64,000 bases of DNA from Kiloniellaceae bacterium. GTDB taxonomy: Bacteria > Pseudomonadota > Alphaproteobacteria > Kiloniellales > J153. Position 1 is the first letter of the stretch, and every line of letters begins with the position of its first letter. Both the position numbers and the translations under genes were made by a program. The stretch lies in assembly GCA_021776095.1 (NCBI GenBank), contig JAJFGO010000058.1, forward strand, positions 6,652 through 70,651. Reading direction: 5' to 3'. The notes below the pieces were generated by a model that worked only from the letters and a program-made list of their open reading frames with translations, ran no database searches and was not told the origin of the DNA. This document shows, piece after piece, positions 26,415 to 34,827 of this stretch.

Positions 26415-26564
26415 TCAGAAAATCGTGTAGATGAAGGGCGCGACCGCGGAGCCCTGGGTGAGGATCACCAGCCCGCCAAACACCAGCATCATGATGACGA
26501 TGGGCATCAACCAGAATTTCTTGCGGATACGCATAAAGGACCAGAGTTCTCTTAGGAAGGACAT
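26415..26564 (-). CDS. Small single-TM protein, DUF5989/SxtK-like
   Basis: 49 aa starting at the internal ATG of the 159-aa track ORF: MSFLRELWSFMRIRKKFWLMPIVIMMLVFGGLVILTQGSAVAPFIYTIF. This matches the small protein I recall always accompanying SxtJ and carbamoyltransferase. It lies 8 nt after the sxtJ-like stop and 17 nt before the carbamoyltransferase ATG. Confidence 0.6.
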   Translation of the reverse strand: MSFLRELWSFMRIRKKFWLMPIVIMMLVFGGLVILTQGSAVAPFIYTIF

Positions 26565-26572
26565 GGCTGCTC

Positions 26573-27013
26573 TCAGAATTGGTTTTTCATGGTTTCGGGC
26601 GCGGGCCCCGGCGGGTCGCGGCGTATCCAATAGGACGCGGCCGTCTTGTCGATCTTTCGCCGCAAAGGGTCCTTGCCCAGGGCCATCATGACCAACGCCG
26701 TGGGTGTCACCGCCAGAAAGAACACCAAGCCCATGATGATCGGATTGGTGATCTTGTGCAGCAGAAGCCCGAGTTTCGTCCACAGCCGGTTGAGTGGCGC
26801 CAGTACGCCTGGCCGGATAAGCGCCGCCACGAGGAACACCGCGGCGACCGCAAGGGCCCAAACACGGGGCGTCGCGCCGCCGAGCAGGGGCCAAAGCCCA
26901 ATAATCAGAAAAACCACGGTAAAGACCACCCCGAAGGCGCGGTCGGACGAGGTCTTAACCGCCTCGTCCCGGGTCAGGGATTCGTGCAAAGCGTTGGTCT
27001 TACTGCTGGTCAT
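26573..27013 (-). CDS. SxtJ-family membrane protein
   Basis: 146 aa with 3-4 TM spans (SDRAFGVVFTVVFLIIGLWPLL...). Position and sequence are as in SxtJ homologues next to carbamoyltransferases. Confidence 0.65.
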   Translation of the reverse strand: MTSSKTNALHESLTRDEAVKTSSDRAFGVVFTVVFLIIGLWPLLGGATPRVWALAVAAVFLVAALIRPGVLAPLNRLWTKLGLLLHKITNPIIMGLVFFLAVTPTALVMMALGKDPLRRKIDKTAASYWIRRDPPGPAPETMKNQF

Positions 27014-27067
27014 TAGTTGAAACGGCCGTTACGACGGTATCCGGGCTGCTTTTTATATTCGAAAACG

Positions 27068-27103
27068 TTACCAGTCCAATAAATTACCAGAATAGTATTA
27101 CCC
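27068..27103 (-). promoter_or_regulatory. Direct repeats in the AT-rich leader of the sxtJ-like operon
   Basis: On the plus strand, TTACCAG occurs at 27068 and 27084 (16-bp period) and TTACCC at 27098. On the coding strand these read GGGTAA/CTGGTAA x2, 55-95 nt upstream of the ATG. Confidence 0.25.
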
Positions 27104-27169
27104 TGTTTAGATCAATTCCTAAACCTGCATTAACCTACCGCTTGAGGGAAGCTGCCCGTGCTGCGGCGC

Positions 27170-27520
27170 TCAATTCGGCGTGGGTTTGACTGGCGGGTCC
27201 GCAGGGCCGATTCCTGGCCCCAATATCTCTTTCAAGACAGCCAAGACCTTATTCGCCACCACCCGGTTGCCCTCCTCGTTGTGGTGGCCCAAGTCGAAGG
27301 CGACCCGTGAATAGAACCCTGACGTGGCCGACTCCTCCGGCAAGGGGTCGGCCACGTGAAGCCCGAGTTCGCTGGCCATGGCCAGAACCTCGGCTTTTGG
27401 TGGAAATCTTGGCGTTGGTTTCGGCCCGGCGGGCTTGGCGCTCCGTGCGCGGCAACGGGCCTCGCGTATCAGCCTCGTCAAGTGACCTGACGTAGAACAG
27501 CGCTCAGCGGATTGGGCCAC
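27170..27520 (-). pseudogene. Possible remnant of an SGNH/GDSL-type hydrolase (C-terminal half only)
   Basis: In the 116-aa ORF, the tail FDLGHHNEEGNRVVANKVLAVLKEIL looks like SGNH block V (D-x-x-H followed by G..L.A). I found no block I GDS region in any frame upstream. Confidence 0.3.
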
Positions 27521-27580
27521 TATTACCGTCGGTCGAACAGCGGAACCCTCAATTGTATTGAGTGTTGCGCGCCTGCCATA

Positions 27581-28861
27581 TCATTCGGCGGCTTGTTGCC
27601 CAGCCGAAATTCGGCCCCGCGGTTCCTTGTGGAACTGTCCGTCCTTCATGATGGCAAGCAGATTGTCGGCATCTTGAAGGATGGCGATGTCCCGGGCCGG
27701 ATTGCCGTCGACCAGGATGAGGTCGGCCAGATAGCCCTCGGCCACTTGCCCCACATCCAGGCCCATCAATTCCCCGCCCAGGGCGGTCGCGGCGTGGATC
27801 GCCTCGAGCGGCGCGTAATCGAGGAGCTTCACGAAATGCTCCATGTCGCGGGCGTTGGTGCCAATTGGGTTCCAGGCGAAACCGTAGTCGCCGCCCGGCA
27901 GGACGCGCACGCCGCGCTTTTTCAAGGCCTTCATATTCTCGATACCACGTTCCCCCTCGCGCCGGAAATAGAGCGCAACCGGGTGGTCGTAGTCGATGCC
28001 GTAGGCCTTGCCCTCGCCTTGGCCGGTGATATGGGCCATACCGATGGTCGGCGCGACGAAGATGCGCTCTTTCTGCGCCTCAAGCATGTCCAGCGCTTCC
28101 TCGTCCGAGAGGGTACAGTGGTAGAGCACGTTCACGCCTTGGCGCAGGGACATCTTGACGCTTTCCGCGGAGCGCGCATGGGCGGCTACGTTCTTGCCCC
28201 GGCTGCGCCCGACCTCGCACACGGCGGCGACCTCCTCCTCGTTCATGATGGTCTCGTGGGCCCGGGCGAAGGGGATGAACTCGTCCCCCGCCGGATTGAT
28301 CTTCAGGGTGTCAACGCCCTCGCGGACCATCTCTCGCGCGACCTTGCGGAATTCGTCCGCGCCGTCGCAGGTGATGGCGAAGGTTTCCCGGTGAATATGG
28401 CGGCGGCGCACGTCGCCCAGGCCGCTGGTCGGGGTCAATTCCGGGCTCGCCGCACGCATGCGTGGGCCGGGAATCTCGCCGGCGTCGATCGCATTGCGGA
28501 TCACCACATCGAGGCGCGCCTTGGCCGCCGCCGCGCTGAATAAAGACGTAAAGCCCTGATCCAGCATGACCTTGGCGAATTTCATCGACTGGAGCGTGTG
28601 CTCCTCCGGCGGTAAATCGCCGAGGGATTCGAGGTCCGGCGTATTGCAGAAGGAAATATGCGCATGGGCCTCGACCAAGCCGGGCATCAAGGTGGCGCCG
28701 CCGCCGTCGACAATCGTCGCGCCATCTGCCTGACCCGTCGAAACGGCTCCGGCCTCGCCGACCGTTTTTATGCGGTTGTTCTCGACCAGGACCTGGCCGG
28801 CGAAAGGCTCGGCGGTGCTGCCATCGATGATCTGAACGTTGGTGAAAAGTGTCGCGCCCAA
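27581..28861 (-). CDS. Amidohydrolase-family metallohydrolase, substrate unknown
   Basis: 426 aa. TTG start with GGGGAGGA SD 7 nt upstream. N-terminal FTNVQIIDGS...LMPGLVEAHAHI (HxH) is typical of the amidohydrolase superfamily. Confidence 0.8.
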   Translation of the reverse strand: MGATLFTNVQIIDGSTAEPFAGQVLVENNRIKTVGEAGAVSTGQADGATIVDGGGATLMPGLVEAHAHISFCNTPDLESLGDLPPEEHTLQSMKFAKVMLDQGFTSLFSAAAAKARLDVVIRNAIDAGEIPGPRMRAASPELTPTSGLGDVRRRHIHRETFAITCDGADEFRKVAREMVREGVDTLKINPAGDEFIPFARAHETIMNEEEVAAVCEVGRSRGKNVAAHARSAESVKMSLRQGVNVLYHCTLSDEEALDMLEAQKERIFVAPTIGMAHITGQGEGKAYGIDYDHPVALYFRREGERGIENMKALKKRGVRVLPGGDYGFAWNPIGTNARDMEHFVKLLDYAPLEAIHAATALGGELMGLDVGQVAEGYLADLILVDGNPARDIAILQDADNLLAIMKDGQFHKEPRGRISAGQQAAE

Positions 28862-28993
28862 GATGCCATCCTCCCCTTATGCGGCCTGTTTCCCAGTGCC
28901 ACGGTCCCGGATTATTGCCCAAAGATTCTGAGCACTGGAGGAGAAAGCTTAACGTCGATCCGCCAGGCGGGTAAAGCGGCCGGGACATATTTC

Positions 28994-29034
28994 TTGACAA
29001 AAGTTTAGTTTAGTGACTTCAATTTACTAAACTA
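28994..29034 (+). promoter_or_regulatory. Putative sigma70-type promoter overlapped by a palindromic operator
   Basis: TTGACA at 28994-28999 and a possible -10 TTCAAT at 29018-29023. A perfect 9-bp inverted repeat, TAGTTTAGT (29006-29014) / ACTAAACTA (29026-29034), has an 11-bp spacer. It sits in an AT-rich island between divergent genes. Confidence 0.45.
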
Positions 29035-29142
29035 GCAATGGGTGAATCAACCCTGGAGTACCGGGGAACAAGAACGGAATTGCGGATTCCTGCGCGAAGA
29101 TTCCGTATCGGCCCTAACAACACAAACGGGAGGAGTTAACAA

Positions 29143-30462
29143 ATGCAACGTTGGAAATTGTGCCTTGCGGCGGCCGGATTCGGTGTTGCCGTGGCGGGTT
29201 CGTCCGCCGCCCAGGCCGAGGATTTGACGCTGTGCTGGGCGGCCTGGGACCCGGCAAATGCGTTGGCGGAATTGGGTAAGGATTTCACTGCCGAAAGCGG
29301 CATCAAGATGAACTACGAGTTCGTGCCCTGGACGAACTTCGCGGATCGCTTCATCAACGAACTGAACTCCGGCGGCAAACTCTGCGATCTCCTGATCGGC
29401 GACAGCCAGTGGATCGGCGGCTCGGCGACTTACGGCCATTACATCAAGCTGAATGACTTCTTCGATAAAGAAGGCATCTCCATGGACGATTTCGCTCCGG
29501 CCACGGTTTACGCCTATTCGACATGGCCCAAGGGCACGCCAAACTATTGGGCCTTGCCGGCGATGGGCGATGCCTTGGGCTGGATCTATCGTAAGGACTG
29601 GTTCGCGCGTCCGGACCTGCGTAAGGAATTCAAGGCTAAATACGGCCACGATTTGGAGGTTCCGAAGAACTGGGTCGAGCTCAAGCATATCGGCGAGTTT
29701 TTCCAGGGCCGCGATATCGATGGCAAGAAGGTCTACGGCATGGGGATCTATACCGAGCGCGGCTCGGAAGGGATTACCATGGGCGTGACCGCGGCCTTGT
29801 ATGCCTGGGGTTTTCAATACGAAGACCCGAATAAGCCCTATAGCATGGAAGGTTTTGTCAACTCGCCGGACGCGGTTGAGGCGCTGGAGTTCTACAAGTC
29901 GCTTTACAAATGTTGCGTGCCTCCGGGCCATTCGGACGCCTACATGGTCGCCAATCTGGACGCCTATAAGTCGGGACAGGTTGCCATGCAGATGAACTGG
30001 TTCGCCTTCATGCCCGGTATTGCCAAGGACGAGGACGTCGGTGGCGACAAGTCCGGTTTCTTCGTCAATCCGGCGCAAAAGGTCGCGGCCTCCACTTTGG
30101 GCGGCCAGGGCATTTCGGTTGTGTCCTATTCGGATAAAAAGGAATTGGCCCTGAAGTACATCAAGTGGTTCGCCAAGCCCGACGTGCAGAAGAAGTGGTG
30201 GGCGTTGGGTGGTTATTCGGCGTCCAAGGCGGTGCTTGACGATCCGAACTTCCCCAATACCGCGCCCTTCGCCGCCGATTTCCTGAAGGCGATGGATGGG
30301 GTCAAGGACTTCTGGCAGGAGCCGACCTATGCCGAGCTCCTGCAATCCATGCAGAAGCGGGTGCACGACTACGTGGTCGCCGATAAGGGCACCGCGCAGG
30401 AGGCGCTCGACAAGATGATCGTGGACTGGACCGAGGTCTTCGAGGACGACGGTAAGCTCTAG
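29143..30462 (+). CDS. Sugar/polyol-type ABC substrate-binding protein (family 1)
   Basis: 439 aa with GGGAGGA SD. Signal peptide MQRWKLCLAAAGFGVAVAGSSAAQA. Confidence 0.85.
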   Translation: MQRWKLCLAAAGFGVAVAGSSAAQAEDLTLCWAAWDPANALAELGKDFTAESGIKMNYEFVPWTNFADRFINELNSGGKLCDLLIGDSQWIGGSATYGHYIKLNDFFDKEGISMDDFAPATVYAYSTWPKGTPNYWALPAMGDALGWIYRKDWFARPDLRKEFKAKYGHDLEVPKNWVELKHIGEFFQGRDIDGKKVYGMGIYTERGSEGITMGVTAALYAWGFQYEDPNKPYSMEGFVNSPDAVEALEFYKSLYKCCVPPGHSDAYMVANLDAYKSGQVAMQMNWFAFMPGIAKDEDVGGDKSGFFVNPAQKVAASTLGGQGISVVSYSDKKELALKYIKWFAKPDVQKKWWALGGYSASKAVLDDPNFPNTAPFAADFLKAMDGVKDFWQEPTYAELLQSMQKRVHDYVVADKGTAQEALDKMIVDWTEVFEDDGKL

Positions 30463-30489
30463 CTTTCCGCCCGGCGAATTTGTTCGCGC

Positions 30490-30520
30490 GGCCGGCCGGG
30501 CTATAATGGCCCGGCCGGCC
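30490..30520 (+). other. Intercistronic GC-rich stem-loop after the SBP gene
   Basis: GGCCGGCCGGGC-TATAATG-GCCCGGCCGGCC: a perfect 12-bp stem with no U-tract. Confidence 0.4.
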
Positions 30521-30531
30521 CCCCGGGACCG

Positions 30532-31527
30532 ATGTCCCATGTCTCTTTGCGTCAGGCGCACTGCACGGACAGGATCATGACGGATCGTGTTGTCATATCG
30601 ACTGCCGCGCACGCGGCGGCCATGACCCCGGCCGGGATCGCCCGCCGCGTACGTGGGTTGTCCGACCGCGCGATCGCTTGGCTCTTCATTACGCCGACGA
30701 TCGTCCTCTTGCTGGCGATCAATATCTTTCCCCTGATCTGGACGGTCTATCTGTCCTTCACGAATTACCGTGCCAACCGGCCGGGCCGCCCGGTCGATTG
30801 GATTGGCACGCGGAATTACGAGCGTTTGCTCAACAACGAGGATATCTGGGGTTATCTGCAGGCGACCGCGCACTTCGTAACCTGGACCATGGTGATCCAG
30901 GTGGTTCTTGGTCTCGGCCTGGCGTTGCTCATCAACCGAAATTTCAAGGGCGCCAGCTTCTGGACCACGATTATCCTGATTCCCATGATGCTGTCGCCGG
31001 CCGTTGTCGGCACATTTTGGACCTATCTCTATCAGCCGCAGACCGGGATCTTCAGTTACATCGTCAACGCCGTGGTGGAGGTCGGGCCCATCGATATGAT
31101 CGGCTCCGTGGGCTTGGCGCCCTGGTCGATCATTATCGTCGATACCTGGATGTGGACGCCCTACATCATGCTGCTGTGCTTGGCGGGTCTGCGCTCGATT
31201 CCCGATTACCTCTACGAAGCCGCCGAGATCGACCGCGCCAATGCCTGGCAGAAGTTCTGGTACATTACGCTGCCGCGCGTCCTGCCCTTCCTCATGCTGG
31301 CGGTGCTTTTCCGTGGCATCGAGAACTTCAAGATGTTCGATTTGGTGGTCGAGTTGACTTCGGGCGGACCTGGATCGACCACGGAGCTCGCCTCGATCAA
31401 TCTCAAGCGCGAAGCCTTCGAAAAGTGGCGCACGGGCTACTCGTCGGCCTTCGCCGTTATACTCTTCGTCACGGTGTTCGGGCTCGGCAATATTTACGTT
31501 AAGGCGCTCAATAAGGTGAAGCAATGA
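30532..31527 (+). CDS. Carbohydrate ABC transporter permease (MalF/UgpA-like)
   Basis: EAA loop YLYEAAEIDRANAWQKFWYITLPRVLP. Start uncertain: in-frame ATGs at 30577 and 30622 are alternatives. Confidence 0.85.
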   Translation: MSHVSLRQAHCTDRIMTDRVVISTAAHAAAMTPAGIARRVRGLSDRAIAWLFITPTIVLLLAINIFPLIWTVYLSFTNYRANRPGRPVDWIGTRNYERLLNNEDIWGYLQATAHFVTWTMVIQVVLGLGLALLINRNFKGASFWTTIILIPMMLSPAVVGTFWTYLYQPQTGIFSYIVNAVVEVGPIDMIGSVGLAPWSIIIVDTWMWTPYIMLLCLAGLRSIPDYLYEAAEIDRANAWQKFWYITLPRVLPFLMLAVLFRGIENFKMFDLVVELTSGGPGSTTELASINLKREAFEKWRTGYSSAFAVILFVTVFGLGNIYVKALNKVKQ

Positions 31528-32480
31528 GTATCGCCGCGACATCCGCGCACTCGGTTGCCGAGTCGAAGGCGGCGGGCAAATGGGTGGCTGGCGTTCTGGT
31601 CGTCGCCTATGCTTTGGTCGCGGTTGTGCCGCTGGTCTGGATTTTCCTGACCGGGTTCAAATCGCCGCCCGATTCCATCTCCTATCCGCCCAAGGTGGTC
31701 TTCGAACCCAGCCTCGAGGGCTATGTGAACCTCTTCACCAACCGTTCGCGTCAGACACCGGAATATATCGAGAGCCTGGGGCCGGCGGAGACCTGGTACG
31801 ACGGGATCGCACGCAAGCGGAACATGGTCATAACCGGGCCGTCGCGCTTCATCGACCGTTACATGAACTCGGTTACGATTGGATTCGGGTCGACCTTTCT
31901 AGCGGTCTTTCTCGGTACGCTCGCGGCCTACGGATTCTCCCGCTTCAAGGTGCCTTTGAAGGATGATCTTCTGTTTTTCATCCTCTCGACCCGCATGATG
32001 CCACCCATCGCGGTCGCGATACCGATATTTCTGATGTACCGGACGCTGGGACTCTCCGACACGGTCCTAGGCATGATCCTGCTCTATACTGCGGTCAATG
32101 TCTCGCTGGCGGTCTGGCTGCTCAAGGGCTTTATCGACGAAATTCCGCGCGAATACGAAGAGGCCGCGGTGGTCGACGGCTACACCCGGTTTCAGGCGTT
32201 CATCAAAGTGGTCCTGCCCCAGATGCGCGCCGGTATCGCGGCGACCGCCATCTTCTGCCTGATCTTCGCCTGGAACGAGTATGCCTTTGCCTTGCTGCTG
32301 ACCAGTGGCAACGCGCAGACCGCACCACCCTTCATTCCGATCATCATTGGTGAGGGCGGGCTCGACTGGCCGGCGGTCGCGGCGGGCACGACGCTGTTCA
32401 TTCTGCCGATCGTGTTCTTTACGGTGCTGCTGCGCAACCAACTTCTGCGCGGGATCACCTTCGGCGCGGTGCGCAAATGA
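31524..32480 (+). CDS. Carbohydrate ABC transporter permease (MalG/UgpE-like)
   Basis: EAA loop EYEEAAVVDGYTRFQAFIKVVLPQMRAG. ATGA overlap with the upstream gene. Confidence 0.85.
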   Translation: MSIAATSAHSVAESKAAGKWVAGVLVVAYALVAVVPLVWIFLTGFKSPPDSISYPPKVVFEPSLEGYVNLFTNRSRQTPEYIESLGPAETWYDGIARKRNMVITGPSRFIDRYMNSVTIGFGSTFLAVFLGTLAAYGFSRFKVPLKDDLLFFILSTRMMPPIAVAIPIFLMYRTLGLSDTVLGMILLYTAVNVSLAVWLLKGFIDEIPREYEEAAVVDGYTRFQAFIKVVLPQMRAGIAATAIFCLIFAWNEYAFALLLTSGNAQTAPPFIPIIIGEGGLDWPAVAAGTTLFILPIVFFTVLLRNQLLRGITFGAVRK

Positions 32481-32677
32481 GCGCCGAGACGAAAAAGCGC
32501 GGCGGCGTCGCACGCTGGTTCCGGCGCGGCCCTTGGGAAAACGCGGCAACGGCGTTGATTGCGCTGGGTGTGTTCATGCTGATGCAATCTTTGTCGATAC
32601 AACTATTCAGCTATTCCTTCGCGACTATCCTGGCCGGTACCATCGGTTTCGTGATCGTCAGTCATTTTCCGGAGTAG
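32477..32677 (+). CDS. Small two-TM membrane protein embedded in the ABC operon
   Basis: 66 aa, MSAETKKRGGVARWFRRGPWENAATALIALGVFMLMQSLSIQLFSYSFATILAGTIGFVIVSHFPE. ATGA overlap with the permease stop, and it ends 4 nt before the ATPase ATG. Positionally analogous to the small DUF2160-type subunit of rhizobial glycerol ABC transporters. Confidence 0.55.
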   Translation: MSAETKKRGGVARWFRRGPWENAATALIALGVFMLMQSLSIQLFSYSFATILAGTIGFVIVSHFPE

Positions 32678-32681
32678 GGAC

Positions 32682-33779
32682 ATGGCGGAAATCCGGATCG
32701 AAAACCTGTTCAAGTCCTTCGGCGATTTCGTCGCCGTACGGGACTCCAGTTTCACTGTGCGCGATGGTGAATTCTTCGTCATGCTCGGCCCCTCTGGCTG
32801 TGGCAAGACCACGACCTTGCGTATGATCGCCGGCTTGGAAATGCCGAGCGCCGGGCGAATCTTTTTGGACGGCGAGGAAGTCACCTTCAATCGCGCCAGC
32901 CACCGCGACCTCGCGTTCGTGTTTCAGCTGTTCGCCCTCTATCCGCACATGAACGTGCGCAAGAACATCTCCTTCCCCTTGCGCATGGAGGGCCTGCCGC
33001 GGCGCGAGGTTCGCGAGCGCACGGACGAGGTCGCGCGTATGCTGCAGATCGATCACCTGCTCAACCGTCCGGTGACTGGGCTGTCGAGCGGCGACCGACA
33101 GCGCGTCGCTCTCGGTCGCGCCATTGTGCGCCGCGCCAAGGCGTTTCTCATGGACGAGCCGCTCGGCGCCCTAGACGCGGAGTTCCGGGAGATGATGTGC
33201 GAGGAACTGCGCTTGCTCCACGACCGGGTCGGCGCGACCCAGGTCTACGTGACTCACGATCAGATCGAGGCGATGTCCATGGCCGACCGGATTTGCGTGA
33301 TGGACAAGGGGGAGGTTCTGCAAATCGCTCCGCCTGCGGAGATTTATGCCCGCCCGGCCACGCGCTTTGTCGCCGGCTTTATCGGCAGCCCGGCGATGAA
33401 TTTTCTGCCCGCCATGGGCGGTCTGGAGGTCGGTGCGACGGCGGTGCGCGTCAACGGCTCGGTGATTGCGGTGCCCCGCCTGCACGAAAGCCTCGATCAT
33501 GAGGCGGCGGTTTTGGGCGTGCGGCCGGAGAATATTGGCATCGCCGACGAGGGAGCCCTGAAGGGCCGGGTCTTCGCGGTCGAATATATGGGTTCGCGCC
33601 AGTTGATCACTGTGGATACGGACGCCGGTCGCCTGCGTGTGCGCGCGCCCAATACGGTGCGGGTCGACTTCGGTGAAAACGTCGGCCTGAATTTCGACTC
33701 GAAGCGAGTGGTGGTATTCGATCCCGCGACCAACCGGGCGCTAGCCAGCGATCTCTATGCAGGGGTGTCCGATGGCTGA
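32682..33779 (+). CDS. ABC ATP-binding protein (MalK/UgpC-like) 1
   Basis: GPSGCGKTTTLRMIAG, LSSGDRQRVALGRAIV, FLMDEPLGALD, and a C-terminal TOBE-like domain. Confidence 0.9.
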   Translation: MAEIRIENLFKSFGDFVAVRDSSFTVRDGEFFVMLGPSGCGKTTTLRMIAGLEMPSAGRIFLDGEEVTFNRASHRDLAFVFQLFALYPHMNVRKNISFPLRMEGLPRREVRERTDEVARMLQIDHLLNRPVTGLSSGDRQRVALGRAIVRRAKAFLMDEPLGALDAEFREMMCEELRLLHDRVGATQVYVTHDQIEAMSMADRICVMDKGEVLQIAPPAEIYARPATRFVAGFIGSPAMNFLPAMGGLEVGATAVRVNGSVIAVPRLHESLDHEAAVLGVRPENIGIADEGALKGRVFAVEYMGSRQLITVDTDAGRLRVRAPNTVRVDFGENVGLNFDSKRVVVFDPATNRALASDLYAGVSDG

Positions 33780-34827
33780 GGTGGCGCTTCAGGGAATTGC
33801 CAAGGCCTTCGGTGATACGATGGCTGTGGACGATCTTGACCTCACGATACATAGCGGTGAGTTCGTCGTGCTTCTGGGCCCGACCGGGGCCGGAAAGACA
33901 ACGACTCTGCGCCTGATCGCCGGGTTGGAGAAGGCGGATTCCGGAAGTATCTCGATCGATGGCACCGACGTGACCGCGCTGCCGCCGATGGTGCGCAATG
34001 TCGCCTTCGTCTTTCAACAGTACTCGCTTTACCCGCACTACAGCGCCTACGAGAACCTGGCCTTTCCACTAAAGGCACCGGGCCAGGGTTTGACCAAGGA
34101 TCAGATCGACCTGCGCGTGCAAGAGATCGCTAAGGTCTTGCACATCGACGGAAAACTGAAAAATCGGGCAACGCAACTGTCCGGCGGCGAGATGCAACGG
34201 GTCGCCATCGGCCGGGCGCTGGTGCGTGAGCCGACCATATTCCTCATGGACGAGCCCTTGTCGTCGCTGGACGCCAAGCTGCGGGAGGAACTTCGGGTCG
34301 AACTGAAACGCATTCAGCGCGATCTGGGCGCGACCATTCTCTATGTCACCCACGACCAACTAGAGGCCATGACCCTGGCCGACCGGATCGGCGTACTGTC
34401 CGAGGGCCGCCTGGTCCAACTCGGCACGCCCCGGGCGATTTACGAATCGCCCCGCAACGTCTATGTCGCGCGCCGGCTGGGCAGTCCGCAAATCAACCTC
34501 TTGGAGGTGGCGCTGCTACGCTTGGAGAGTGCCCCCCGGGGCACCGCCTTGGTCGGGGTGCGGCCGGAGGATGTACGGCTGCGCCGGGAAGGCGGCGTCG
34601 CCGCGACGGTCTTGGCCGTCGAGCATCTGGGTGTGGAGACGGTAGTCCTGCTCGAGGTCGAGGGAACCCAGGTCCACGCGCTGCTTGGCGCGGCCGATGC
34701 CCTCAAGGTGGGTGAGCTGGTTTCCATAGACGTGCGCGATGGCGCTGCGATCTACTTCGACGCCCAGGGCGAGCGGATCGCCACGGATCCCACCGGCGAC
34801 GTGCGGGAGGCGGCCTATGGCACCTGA
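33772..34827 (+). CDS. ABC ATP-binding protein (MalK/UgpC-like) 2
   Basis: GPTGAGKTTTLRLIAG, LSGGEMQRVAIGRAL, FLMDEPLSSLD. The ATG at 33772 overlaps the upstream stop; the track start at 33757 is in frame. Confidence 0.9.
   Translation: MAEVALQGIAKAFGDTMAVDDLDLTIHSGEFVVLLGPTGAGKTTTLRLIAGLEKADSGSISIDGTDVTALPPMVRNVAFVFQQYSLYPHYSAYENLAFPLKAPGQGLTKDQIDLRVQEIAKVLHIDGKLKNRATQLSGGEMQRVAIGRALVREPTIFLMDEPLSSLDAKLREELRVELKRIQRDLGATILYVTHDQLEAMTLADRIGVLSEGRLVQLGTPRAIYESPRNVYVARRLGSPQINLLEVALLRLESAPRGTALVGVRPEDVRLRREGGVAATVLAVEHLGVETVVLLEVEGTQVHALLGAADALKVGELVSIDVRDGAAIYFDAQGERIATDPTGDVREAAYGT

Noticed and set aside
27512-28543. 343-aa plus-strand ORF
   Set aside because: It is antisense to the amidohydrolase, which has an HxH motif and a strong SD.
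29047-31542. 831-aa minus-strand ORF
   Set aside because: It is antisense to the SBP and permease genes, with Arg/His/Gly/Asp-rich composition and no motifs. This is a typical GC-rich antisense artefact.
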